A stretch of 64,000 nucleotides of DNA. Source: Octopus bimaculoides (taxonomy: Eukaryota). Below are positions 39,691 to 51,425 of the stretch, piece by piece (the first letter of the stretch is position 1; each line of letters begins with the position of its first letter). The notes under the pieces are model-generated. The model ran no database searches. It had not been told where the DNA came from and worked only from the letters and a program-made list of their open reading frames with translations. The stretch spans positions 106,955,133-107,019,132 of the forward strand of contig NC_068985.1 in NCBI RefSeq assembly GCF_001194135.2, given 5' to 3'. A program made the position numbers and the translations under genes.

Positions 39691-40718
39691 TGCGTGCATG
39701 TGCACATGTGTGTGCATGTGCACATGTGTGTGCATGTGTGTGTGTGTGTGTCACAAGGAAGAATACAGAAGTCTGTTGGAATTCTTTTGACACTCATAAT
39801 TTTATTTTTCCCTTAAACTAAAAGCAAATACTGTTGTTACTACAAACGACAAAACGTCAAGAGAGTTTTGAATGTTAATGTTCTTGGTGCTCTTGTAGCA
39901 ACAGTTAAAGTGTGGTTAGTCTTGCCATGCTACTGACTTCTTCTTTTCCTCCTCCAACTGTTCATTACCTTTGTGCTGTCAGTTGTTGTTTTCCATATCT
40001 GTTGGCCATCTCTTATGGAGCCTGTCAATGTTCTCTCTGCAACACCTCAACGCTCTCTCTAAGCTCTCCGTTAAACAGTCAAGGTGTGCTGAATTTATGC
40101 TGATGGTTAGACTCAGAAAGAAGCATGCCAAAAAATGAAATTTAGTCAAATGAATCAACCCCAGTAATTTTTATTCTTAAAGCCTGGTACTTAGTCTATC
40201 AGTGTCTTTTGCTGATTTGCTAAGTTATGGGGACATAAACCAACCAACACCAGTTGTCCAGCAATGGTGATGGGGGGGGGGACAAACACAGACACAAAAA
40301 AGTTTGCTTTCTAACCACATGGTTCCAGGTTCAGTCCCATTGCATGGCTTCTTGGGCAAGTGTCTCCTACTGTAACCTTGGGCTGAACAAAGCCTTGTGA
40401 GTGGATTTGGTAGATGGAAACTGAAAGAAGCCCATCAATCATGNNNNNNNNNNNNNNNNNNNNNNNNNNNNNNNNNNNNNNNNNNNNNNNNNNNNNNNNN
40501 NNNNNNNNNNNNNNNNNNNNNNNNNNNNNNNNNNNNNNNNNNNNNNNNNNNNNNNNNNNNNNNNNNNNNNNNNNNNNNNNNNNNNNNNNNNNNNNNNNNN
40601 NNNNNNNNNNNNNNNNNNNNNNNNNNNNNNNNNNNNNNNNNNNNNNNNNNNNNNNNNNNNNNNNNNNNNNNNNNNNNNNNNNNNNNNNNNNNNNNNNNNN
40701 NNNNNNNATATATATATA

Positions 40719-41124
40719 TATAAATGAGTAACAAGAATGTGCAGGTGTCAGTTAATAATGGCCATTTCAAGTGACTCCTTTAATTGATCAATGTAAACAT
40801 TACATCATTGCAAAAGAAAAAACGTTTTTGTTTTTTTTCAGATGACTACATAGACTTCAAACACAAAGAACTGACCAACTACTTTAACATAATTTATATC
40901 ACCAACTGGAGCTCAAATATTTATATTGTTTCTACTGCTATTTCCTTGGCACTAATATGAATATGTTAAAACAGTTGGTTGGTCATTTGTGTTCAAAGTC
41001 TATGCAGTCATCTGATGAAAACGGTTTTTTTGCAATAATGTAATGTTTTCATTAACCTATTAAAGAAGTCACTTGAAATGGCTGTAATAAATTGACACCT
41101 GTACATCTTTGTTACTCATTTATA
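40719..41124. mobile_element. Fold-back/MITE with about 170-bp TIRs, TA-flanked
   Basis: tataaatgagtaacaagaatgtgcaggtgtca... vs ...tgacacctgtacatctttgttactcatttata; arms pair through cagatgactacatagacttcaaacacaaa / tttgtgttcaaagtctatgcagtcatctg. Confidence 0.8.
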
Positions 41125-42127
41125 TTTCATTCACCTACCCTGGAATCTACACTTTAGAAATATTAGAGAAAATATTTCTATATTAAGTACATGTCTGAAC
41201 AATCAAGAGCAGATCTCTTCATTAAGTTGAGTCATGTTATCTGCATACACTGCAAAAATATCAAGTGCAAACACTTCTGCACGGAGTTTGAAATTCACTG
41301 GATATTGTTTGGGTATGCAAATTAGATCAACCGAACAAGGTGCCTCAATTTTGATTATATTATTTATATATATATTTGTGTGTGTGTGTGTGGAAAGAGT
41401 GAGAGATATACACACTCATGTGGATTGATCTCTGGTGGTTTTTGTAATGAGTATACAGTTGTTCAATGATCAATTGAGAACTACCTGCTAACTGAATTAG
41501 TGTGTAAGGCCTGAACATTCCCATATATATGTACTCTTAATGTAATTCTCTGACAAAATCAGTGAGACACTTATGTGCAACAAGACTGTTACTTTGAATT
41601 ACATGTGCAGTTCATCTAATGAGCTTCTATACACTTTTCACTTCTATATCTTTGGATAAAGAAATTTACATTTACCTAAGATGTTATACATCATGGGCAA
41701 ATGTTACCTTGTCAGCAAAAGAATTTCAAAAGTTTCATCTCATATAGAAATTTAGACCAAGCAGTATCACTTTATTTATTTATTTTTTATCAAGGCATCA
41801 TCCAGTCAGGTTGATTGCCCAGGCCAGCCTGACTACCTCTCTCAATCCTTCTCAATCTTCCATTAGTGTTTTTAGGTCTTCAACTTGGCATCCAACATCT
41901 TCTGCAAGCTGTTGCATATATATCTTTTGTGGTCTTCCAGCTGCAGTGGTACCATGATTTGGTGTCCACAGCAACACATTATACACAAGTTTTTCTTTAT
42001 TTCTCCATCTCATAATAATGAAGCTCTAAAATCAAACATGTTTAAAAAAAATTTGCATATAGGTGTAGGAGTGGCTGTATATAGGCGTAGGAGTGGCTGC
42101 ATATAGGCGTAGGAGTGGCTGTATATA

Positions 42128-42547
42128 GGCGTAGGAGTGGCTGTGTGGGAAGTAGCTTGCTTACCAACCACATGGTTCCGGGTTCAGTCCCACTGCGTGG
42201 TACCTTGGGCAAGTGTCTTCTACTATAGCCTCGGGCCGACCAAAGCCTTGTGAGTGGATTTGGTAGACGGAAACTGAAAGAAGCCCGTCATATATATATG
42301 TATATATATATATATGTGTGTGTGTGTATGTTTGTGTGTCTGTGTTTGTCCCCCCAACATCGCTTGACAACCGATGCTGGTGTGTTTACATCCCCGTAAC
42401 TTAGCGGTTCGGCAAAAGAGACCGATAGAATAAGTACTAGGCATCCAAAGAATAAGTCCTGGGGTCGATTTGCTCAACTAAAGGTGGTGCTCCAGCATGG
42501 CCGCAGTCAAATGACTGAAACAAGTAAAAGATAAAAGATAAAAGATA
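42128..42547 (+). mobile_element. tRNA-headed SINE (family A), well-preserved full-length copy
   Basis: Near-identical to 58203-58606; (taaaaga)n tail. Confidence 0.9.
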
Positions 42548-42574
42548 ATACATATTAAAAGGACACTACAAACA

Positions 42575-43200
42575 GACACAAAGCAACAGAAACCCAGGAA
42601 AAGAAACATTAACTGGTCTAAACCATTCTTCAGCTCAAATGTAGCAATGAAAGTTGCACACACTCTCATAAAACTAATCAGCAAGCACTTCTCAACTGAA
42701 CATGAATATCACAAGTTATACAGCCAAAACAATGCAAAAACCAGCTAGAGCTGCACAAAAAACGTAAAATGCATCATACAAAATAACACACCTTAAAACA
42801 CACAATACACAACTAAAAACTAGATGCAACTTCTCAAGAACGAAGTCATGCCCATTACACAAAATTTATTTGCAAACAAAAGCAGTTTATAAAGCAACAG
42901 TTGATCCTTTACAGACACATACACACAGCATACGTGCACATTTCAGACCATAAACAAAAGGAATACTACATGTCTGTCCAAACACCTCTGGAAATTAAAA
43001 GAAAACATAAAATGGGAAATTATAGACCGTACACCATCATAAATATATGGCTCTGGTATCTGCCTCTTCCATTCAACAGAAAAATACCACATGATCACAC
43101 AAAATATACACATTCTGAATAAGAGAAACGAAATCATGTCCCAATGTAGACACAAAATAAATTTATTGTCAAAAGATGGTCTGCACAAATTACAAACCAG
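42575..43200 (+). mobile_element. Decayed Penelope-like element (linker and GIY-YIG endonuclease)
   Basis: RKRNINWSKPFFSSNVAMKVAHTLIKLISKHFSTEHEYHKLYSQNNAK; KSCPL...KAVYKATV; LWKLKENIKWEIIDRTP; LNKRNEIMSQCRHK. Confidence 0.75.
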
Positions 43201-43699
43201 ATAAAGCAATCACCAAAAATCCACACCCACGCCTACAGACACACACCATGTACACATGCTCATGGGCGTAAAAAGCTCACACATACATAGCATACAAAAC
43301 ACACTTAGTTAAGCACCACTACCTTGGTATGACTTCCCAAAACTCTATAGCATAATATGTACATGCATATGTGCATGTGTCTGCATATGCACACACTTTT
43401 ACAAATGTAAATAAATGACAAACAACAATATACTACCATATATCTTACCCACTGCACATTCATACACACAAATACACACACTCATGCATGCAAACACTCA
43501 AAAGACAAAACAAAAATTCTATCCCATCATCATTGTCATCATCATCGTCATTGTCATCATCATCATCACCATCCTTTAACGTCCATTTTCTAAACTGGCA
43601 TGGGTTGGATCACACCAAACAAATCTACTATAGCCATACCTAGTACACACATACTGCAAACATACAACAAGAACATAACACAACAAAACCAGTCTGCCA

Positions 43700-44260
43700 T
43701 AAAATCACCATTCATTAAAAACATATTTATCAACAATAGATATATCTTTAATTTCACAACTAACACCCATCATCCATAAACCTTCATAAAGACATTCACA
43801 TCTCCCACACCACCACCGCATGCATATGCACATTTTTATTAACGTTCTATAACTACTGGCAAGACAACAAACACCCATCCCAGATTTTGACAATTGGGTA
43901 CCAATGTCAAATGGCCACAATTCGTTGCACACACAATCATGCAAATATTTCCTTGAAATAGATGAGTCTTTAATTACTTTTCAAAATAACACATTCACAA
44001 ACAACTTTTCTCAAAAGCATATATTTAAAAGCTTACACACACATAATAAATTACACATAATAATAAATAACATGCCCCCCACACCAGCTGACCCACAAAT
44101 CCTAAACAAATTAATAGCACACATTCTCACCTACAATTGGAAGATGTGCAAACACCACATCACAAAAATAACATAAACAACCACTGAAGATCTAGGAAAA
44201 CACTGCCTAATTAACAAATGCAAAAACCTAACCAATGAACAAACACAAACACTAGACTAC
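43700..44260 (+). mobile_element. Possible decayed LINE APE-endonuclease segment
   Basis: HNKLHIIINNMPP and a following degraded GD-x-NAHH-like stretch resemble APE motifs (NIYIPP, GDFNAHH). Confidence 0.35.
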
Positions 44261-45308
44261 ACAGACACATCAAAAGATATAGACACACTACCAATACTGA
44301 GTTGTAACAGTTCTTGCTTGAGGATCACAGTGGCATGAAACTAGGTTACAAGATAAACTCCCAGTTTCAACAAAAAAACCATATTCTTTACATGAATTGA
44401 GTACTTCTCTCTCATACATCTGACATAAACTATATATCAAACAATTCACTATATGGATCTTTACTGCCTATTATAAACTAGACAAACAAAGATGGCAAAA
44501 NNNNNNNNNNAAAAAAAAAAAAAAAAAAAAAAGAGAGGGTTCATTTAAATTGTTCAGGGACGTTTGTCACTGAAGAGATTAAATGAAATTGAAACACTGT
44601 GTCTGACAATCCAACAACTGCTTTAAGAGGCTGTCAATGATAGAGCTTCTGAGGAGGCATTCAAGCAGCTAGAAAGTGTAGCCAAATCACCATAAAATTA
44701 CACTCCCTACAATCTTAAAACAAGGAAGACACATTTTATATTGCAGTCCTTGATGATAAGAAGACAGGAAGGTTTTGGTTAATATGAAACAACAACTCAG
44801 GGAGATTTCTATATTGTAGGTCACTGCTAAAAATAGCAGCCCAAGCTTACACAAATTACACACTACTGACTTCAAAAAGGAAGGATACAATTAGAAAATG
44901 TAGCCTCTGATATACAAAAAAAAAACAAAAAAAAACAGATGGAAGATTTTCATGATAGGTATATTAAAGCTAGAAATAACCAGACAAATTTCCTCCCGAT
45001 CACACTTTCAACTATCTTAAAATGAAGAAATATACAAAAACAAATATCAGTGCCAAATATGTTATTATTGATATACTGTGTTCACACAAGTATATATGCA
45101 TATACATATATATATATATATACATATATACATATAGAGAGAGATATAGGTATATATAAGCACACATACATACATATATACATACACACACGTGTGAGTG
45201 TAGATAGCTATATGTGTATGTATATATATATATACATATATACATATAGAGAGAGATATAGGTATATATAAGCACACATACATACATATATACATACANN
45301 NNNNNNNN

Positions 45309-45356
<48 letters not shown>

Positions 45357-46329
45357 TAATATACACGTGGGCAAATATTATGCACAATGATTCTGTGATC
45401 AATACAATTAGTCCATCCATCCATCTATCCACCAATCCCTCCATCCAAGCATCCATCCATCCATCCATTCATCCAACAGTCCATCTTCAATATAAACACA
45501 GCCATGAGTCATATCCGTATCTGATATAGTCAGTAATTAAAGCTTGAATTATTTAGTGTTGATAGAATTGAATTGTCTTCATGCCAATTCTATTGTTTCC
45601 TGTTGCAGAAAGAATTAGGTGCTACCATCACACCATTCCTTACATCTTCATCTTTCAACATGACAACATTGCTTTGTCGACATACAAGTCTGCCAGTCTT
45701 GCTGATTTGATATCTAAGCTTTAGATAGGAATGGCTTTCTTCTGATCTTATAGGTTTTGGTAGTTTTATGTTTTGGTTTTCTGGTTTGCTTTTTAGTCTT
45801 GTTTTTATTCCATTGTATGTATGTGTATGTGCATGTTTCTGTGTGACTGTATCAATGTATGTCTGTGTGTATATATTTGTCTGCATGAGTGTGTATGTGT
45901 GTGACTGCCTGTAAGTTTTTTACTATATGTCCGTGTCCATGCATATATAGATGTGCATATGTTTGTATGGACTGTGCTTATGTATCTACAGGACTACATG
46001 TGAGTGTGGGGTTGAGTGTATGAATATGTATGAGCTGTTATTGGAGTAGTTGTTGTAAATGTGTAGTTGTTGTTTAGCCACAGAACATCCCTAATTCTCA
46101 GCATGCCTACAGTCAAATACATTCCCGTCTTTTATGTATATATGTATCTAAGACAACATTATCCAATTTGGCCTTACTATTCTAAGACAGTAGGATATGA
46201 TTTGAAAGAGATTTAGCTGAAAGTCAGGTGACTGCATACTGGCTTTATCAATAGTTTGTGTATACAGCATATATATAAACATATACATATACATGCATAC
46301 ATACATACATACATACATATATGTATGTA

Positions 46330-46529
46330 TTCTTTTATTCGTTTCAGTCATTTTGACTGTGGCCATGCTGGAGCACCGCCTTTAGTTGAGCAAATCGCCC
46401 CCAGGACTTATTCTTTGTAAGCCTAGTGCTTATTCTATCAGTCTCTTATGCCAAACCGCTAAGTTACAGGGACATAAACGCACCAGCATCGATGTCAAGT
46501 GATATTGGGACAAACACAAACATATACAC

Positions 46530-46560
<31 letters not shown>

Positions 46561-46718
46561 GGACGGGCTTCTTTCAGTTTCCATCTACCAAATCCACTCG
46601 CAAGACTTTGGTCAGCCTGAGGCTATAGTAGAAGACACTTGACCAAGGTGCCACGCAGTGGGACTGAACCTGAAACCATGTGGTTGGTTAGCAAGCTTCT
46701 TACCACGCAGCCACTCCA
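46330..46718 (-). mobile_element. tRNA-headed SINE (family A), full length
   Basis: Reverse complement is collinear with 58203-58606; internal (TA/CATA)n. Confidence 0.85.
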
Positions 46719-46794
46719 ATATATGAGTATTAATAATGATAAAGAGTATGGACATTTTTACATCCACAAAATTTACTTTATAGTTATATACAGC

Positions 46795-47231
46795 ATCGCT
46801 TCTTAAACCATGGGTCACGACCCCAAATGGGGGTCGGGAAGCGAAATGCCGAGGGTCACGAAAATGCATGTGCAGTGAGAAAATGCATGTGCAGTGCCAT
46901 TGCAACTAGTGCAGTAACAACGTATGTATTTTCAGTGTAGTTGGTTGACTGTGTTCATCTTAATAAGTGTATAAATAACAATACATGTTACTGTTTTATT
47001 TGACTGAGGTCAGCATTTATTTAAATAATTTCATAATTATTTTATGAAACGCTATTCTATTTATATTTCAAAATAAAAATATTTTTACTCATGGATAAAT
47101 GACTGAACTTGAGTAACAAAAGTAATGACACAGATGGCAATGCTACAAAGTCTGTTCAAGTAGGACCTAGTAATCAGAGAGAGGCACCTAAGATCCGAAA
47201 AAATTAAAGACAATGAGTCATTTCTCCAATT
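46795..47231 (+). mobile_element. hAT-Charlie element 5' end
   Basis: cagcatcgcttcttaaaccatgggtcacgacccc resembles a Charlie-type terminus; PKIRK...DNESFLQFGF resembles the KRKYDESYLxFGF N-terminus. Confidence 0.5.
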
Positions 47232-48008
47232 TGGCTTTAGAGGGAGAAACTAGAAGTAGTTAATAGCTTCCGTTACCTTGGTGACCAAGTCTGTAGTTGG
47301 AGTGGATGCTCAGAGAGCGTTACCACTAGAATAAGAATAGCCTGGGCAAAGTTCAGAAAGCTCCTACCCCTACTGGTGACAAAGGGCCTCTTGCTCAGAG
47401 TGAAAGGTAGATTGTATGATGCATGTGTGTGAACTGCCATGCTTCATGGCAGTGAAACATGGGCCATGACTACTGAAGAAGACATGCGGAGGCTCGAAAG
47501 AAATGAAGCTAGCATGATCCGTTGGATGTGTAATGTCAGTGTGCACACTCAACTGAGTGTAAGCACCCTGAGAGAAATGTTGGACATAAGAAGCATCGGA
47601 TGTGACATGCAAGAGAGATATTTGCGTTGGTGTGGTCATGTACTACGGATGGATGAAGAGATCTGTGTGAAGAAGTGCCACTCCCAAACATTGGAAGGAA
47701 TCCGGGGTACAGGGAAACCCAGGAAGACATGAGATGAGGTGGTGAAGCATGACCTTCGAAATCGGGCCTCACAGAGGCAATGACAAAAGACCGAGACCTC
47801 TGGAGATATGCTGTGACTGAGAAGACCCGGCAAATAAAGTGAGTTTACAGCTGTAACCTACTCCAGTGTTGCATAACCAACCACTCAAAAGTACCTTAGA
47901 TCATAGGGCAACATGCTGTGCTTGAGGAGACCTACTGAGTCAAGTACATCAAAACCAAAATCAAATGGAAATTGAAGTTGTGATCCCCGTGCTGGTGGCA
48001 TGTAAAAA
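47232..48008 (+). mobile_element. RTE-clade LINE, 5'-truncated (RT C-terminus and start of 3' UTR)
   Basis: EKLEVVNSFRYLGDQV...RIAWAKFRKLLPLL...MLHGSETWAMT...RRLERNEASMIRWMCNVS...RWCGHVLRM...GKPRKT. Confidence 0.9.
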
Positions 48009-48400
48009 GAACTTTATAGTAAAGTTGACAAATTTTTTAAAACTATAGGTTTGGAATGGAAAAATTGTATTGGAGTATGTACAGATGGTGCAAAAGTGAT
48101 ATTCTTTTGAATATTCACTGTCTGAATATTTTTTGAAATATGAAATGGAAATTTGAAGGAAACACTTATTGTTATGTTTTTTCCATTTAGAAACATTTAT
48201 GAGTGACATGTGCAAAAACAGCCACTTATAGCTCATGATTTTGAATTTATTTCTGGTTCTCATGGTAATATTATTATAAACATCATAAACTCCATATAAT
48301 CAAAGTCATGAAACTGCATTGCTGTTTAAGCAATGTCCTAAAATAATACTTTCGAGTAATATTTTTAATTAATGTTTTAAAAAACAATGAGTGTGTATGC
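48009..48400 (+). mobile_element. hAT-Charlie transposase internal fragment
   Basis: ELYSKVDKFFKTIGLEWKNCIGVCTDGAK matches the Charlie/ZBED5/FAM200-type W-x2-CVG-x-CTDGA motif. Confidence 0.75.
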
Positions 48401-48824
48401 CGGTGTTCATTTTGTATGCACCTGTGCAAATGCATATACATAGACATAAGTACTCTCATAAATACACATATATACACAGAGTTATATATGCATATATACA
48501 TAAATGTATACATATACACATATGTATATATACATATACACACATATAGACATATACACACATTAGAACATATACCAATAAAACCTACTAATTAAATATT
48601 TCATAATTAAGGGGGTTTTTTTCTCTCTGAACCAGAACAAAATTCAAGGAGGCTTGTATTTGCATAAAAGATACTTAGCCACATGCATACAAGGCATTAA
48701 CTATTCATTTCTTTTGTTCACACTTCTGGTGCCTTGAAGCAGCCATTTTTGCATGTGTTGTTCATGAAGTTCTCGATGAAGGAGCATAAAGATAAGACTT
48801 TCCATCAAACTTTCATTTCGCCAT

Positions 48825-50150
48825 CATCATCATCATTATCATCAATTAACATCCATTTTCGATGCTGGCATGGGTTGGACGGTTTGACTGAGGTTTGGAG
48901 AGACAGTGGCTGCACCAGGTTCCAATCTGGTCTGGCAGAGTTTCTACAGCTGGATGCCTTTCTTAATGCCAACCACTCCAGGAGTGTAGTAGGTGCTTTT
49001 TACATGCCACTGGCACAGGAAACAGTATGGGGTACTGGTGTTGGTCACAATTGGTTGGTGCTTTTTACGTGCTACTGGCACCGGAGCCAGTAAGGCGGGC
49101 CTGGAAACAAACACATTCAGATGGTGCTTTTTAAGTGCCACCGGCACGGGAGCCAGTCATGGGGGTACTGGCATCAGTCACGATCGGTTGGTGTTTTTTA
49201 TGTGCCACCAGCACAGTTGCCAGTCAGGCAGACCTAGCTTTGACCACATTCAGATGGTGCCTTTGATGTGCCATTGGCATGGGAGCCAACCAGAGGGCAC
49301 TGGCCCCAGCTATGATATTGGTTTTACTTGACTCGACAGGTCTTCTCAAGCATATCATATTGCCTAACGCATCAGGAGTATTTTAAACAGGGATGGACAT
49401 GCATGGCTGCCATCTCACTTTAGTTGCCAGGTCTTCTCAATCACAGCATATCTCCAAAGGTTCCAGTCTCTTGTCATTGCCTCTGTGAGGCCCAATGTTC
49501 AAAGGACATGCTTCACCACCTCGTCCCACGTCTTCCTGGGTCTACCTCTTCTACAGGTTCCTTCTACAGGTTCCTTCTACAGTTAGGGAGTGGTACTTCC
49601 TCACATATCTGTCTTCATTCATACACAACACATGACCATACCAGCACAGTTGTCTCTCTTGCACACCACATCTGATGCTTCTTATGCCCAACTTTTCTCT
49701 CAGGGAGCTTACACTCTATCGTACATGCACACTGACATTACACATCCAGCGGATCATACTAGCTTCATTTCTTTCAAGCCTACGCACGTCCTCTCAGCGG
49801 TCATGGCNNNNNNNNNNACATTACACATCCAGCGGATCATACTAGCTTCATTTCTTTCAAGCCTACGCACGTCCTCTCAGCGGTCATGGCCCATGTTTCA
49901 CTGCCATGTAGCATGGCAGTTCACACACAAGCATCATACAGTCTACCTTTCACCCTGAGCGAGAGGCCTTAAGTTGCCAGCAGAGGAGCTCCCTGAACTT
50001 TGCCCAGGCTATTCTTACTCTCGTCACTACACTCTCAGAGCAACCACCCCAACTACAGATTTGGTCACCTAGGTAGCAGAAGCTATTAACTTCTAGTTTC
50101 TTCCCCTGGCATGTGATGGAATCTGTTTTCTGTACATCTCCAGTGTTTAT
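48825..50150 (-). mobile_element. RTE-clade LINE 3' end: RT C-terminus, 3' UTR with tandem subrepeats, (ATG)n tail
   Basis: ORF 49950..50288 has CQGKKLEVNSFCYLGDQICSWGGCSESVVTRVRIAWAKFRELL; continuous through the UTR and about five ggtgctttt(t)a(c/t)gtgcca units to the catcatcat tail. Confidence 0.9.
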
Positions 50151-50652
50151 TGCCCAAGTGCATCTGCCATGCTGGTGCCATATAAAAGAGCATTTCATAC
50201 CTTCTGTAATGCGATTGGTGTTAGGAAGTGCATCCAGCCGTAGAAGCCATGCAAAAACAGACAACTGGAGTCTTGGCTCTCTGTCCAAGTCATGTCAGTA
50301 TGAAAAATGCTAAATAATGATGTTGATGATGATGATAAGAAGGAGGAGGAGGAGGAGAAGTAGGGGAAGAGGAGGAGAAAGCACACACATACATATGCAT
50401 ATCCTCTTCCTCTCATGCTTATTTCCCCACTTAGACTGAATTTACTGCCAACCATGCTTCCACTGCTGTTCCATATCTCTAAACTATCATTATCTCTCCA
50501 GATACTCTCACCTACGCTTATGTAATGCAGGGTAGCCATGTATCTCCTCTTCAGGAAGATACCTTGTACCTGTCCCAGTATCATAGTTTAGCATTTCAAC
50601 ACCTGGCATAAAGCCACTACCCTCCCTCTCTTCCTCTTTCTCTCTCTCTCCT

Positions 50653-50653
50653 T

Positions 50654-50717
<64 letters not shown>

Positions 50718-50917
50718 ATAACTACTACTACTACATAACTACTACTACTACATAACTACNNNNNNNNNNTCTCACCTACGCTTATGTAATGCAGGGTAGC
50801 CATGTATCTCCTCTTCAGGAAGATACCTTGTACCTGTCCCAGTATCATAGTTTAGCATTTCAACACCTGGCATAAAGCCACTTCCCTCCCTCTCTTCTTC
50901 TTTCTCTCTCTCTCCTT

Positions 50918-50948
<31 letters not shown>

Positions 50949-51045
50949 ATAACTACTAATACTACATAACTATTACTACTACTACAACAACGTAACTACT
51001 ACTACTACTACATAACTACTACTACTACATAGCTACTACTACTAC
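50653..51045. repeat. (CTA)n / (CTACATAA) microsatellite either side of a 10-N gap
   Basis: Direct reading; a duplicated unique flank interrupts it at 50770-50917. Confidence 0.9.
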
Positions 51046-51386
51046 ATAGATGGGGGAACAGTGCCTTGAAAAATGTACCCAGTACACTTTCTAAAGTGAT
51101 TGATATTAAAAAAGGTATCTGGCTATAGAAACCATGCCATAAGAGACATTAGATTTTGATGCACTCCTCTAGCTAATTGGATCCTGTTAAACTGTTTGGC
51201 CTCAAGACAGATATCAAATGATGAAAATGATGATGATATATATATATATTATATATACATATATATATTAAATATGCGCATACATATTTGTGGGGGTGTG
51301 TGTGTGTATAATATAGGCATAGATAAATGCGTGTGTATATATAGAAATATATATATATATACATACATATGCATATATGTATGTCG

Positions 51387-51425
<39 letters not shown>

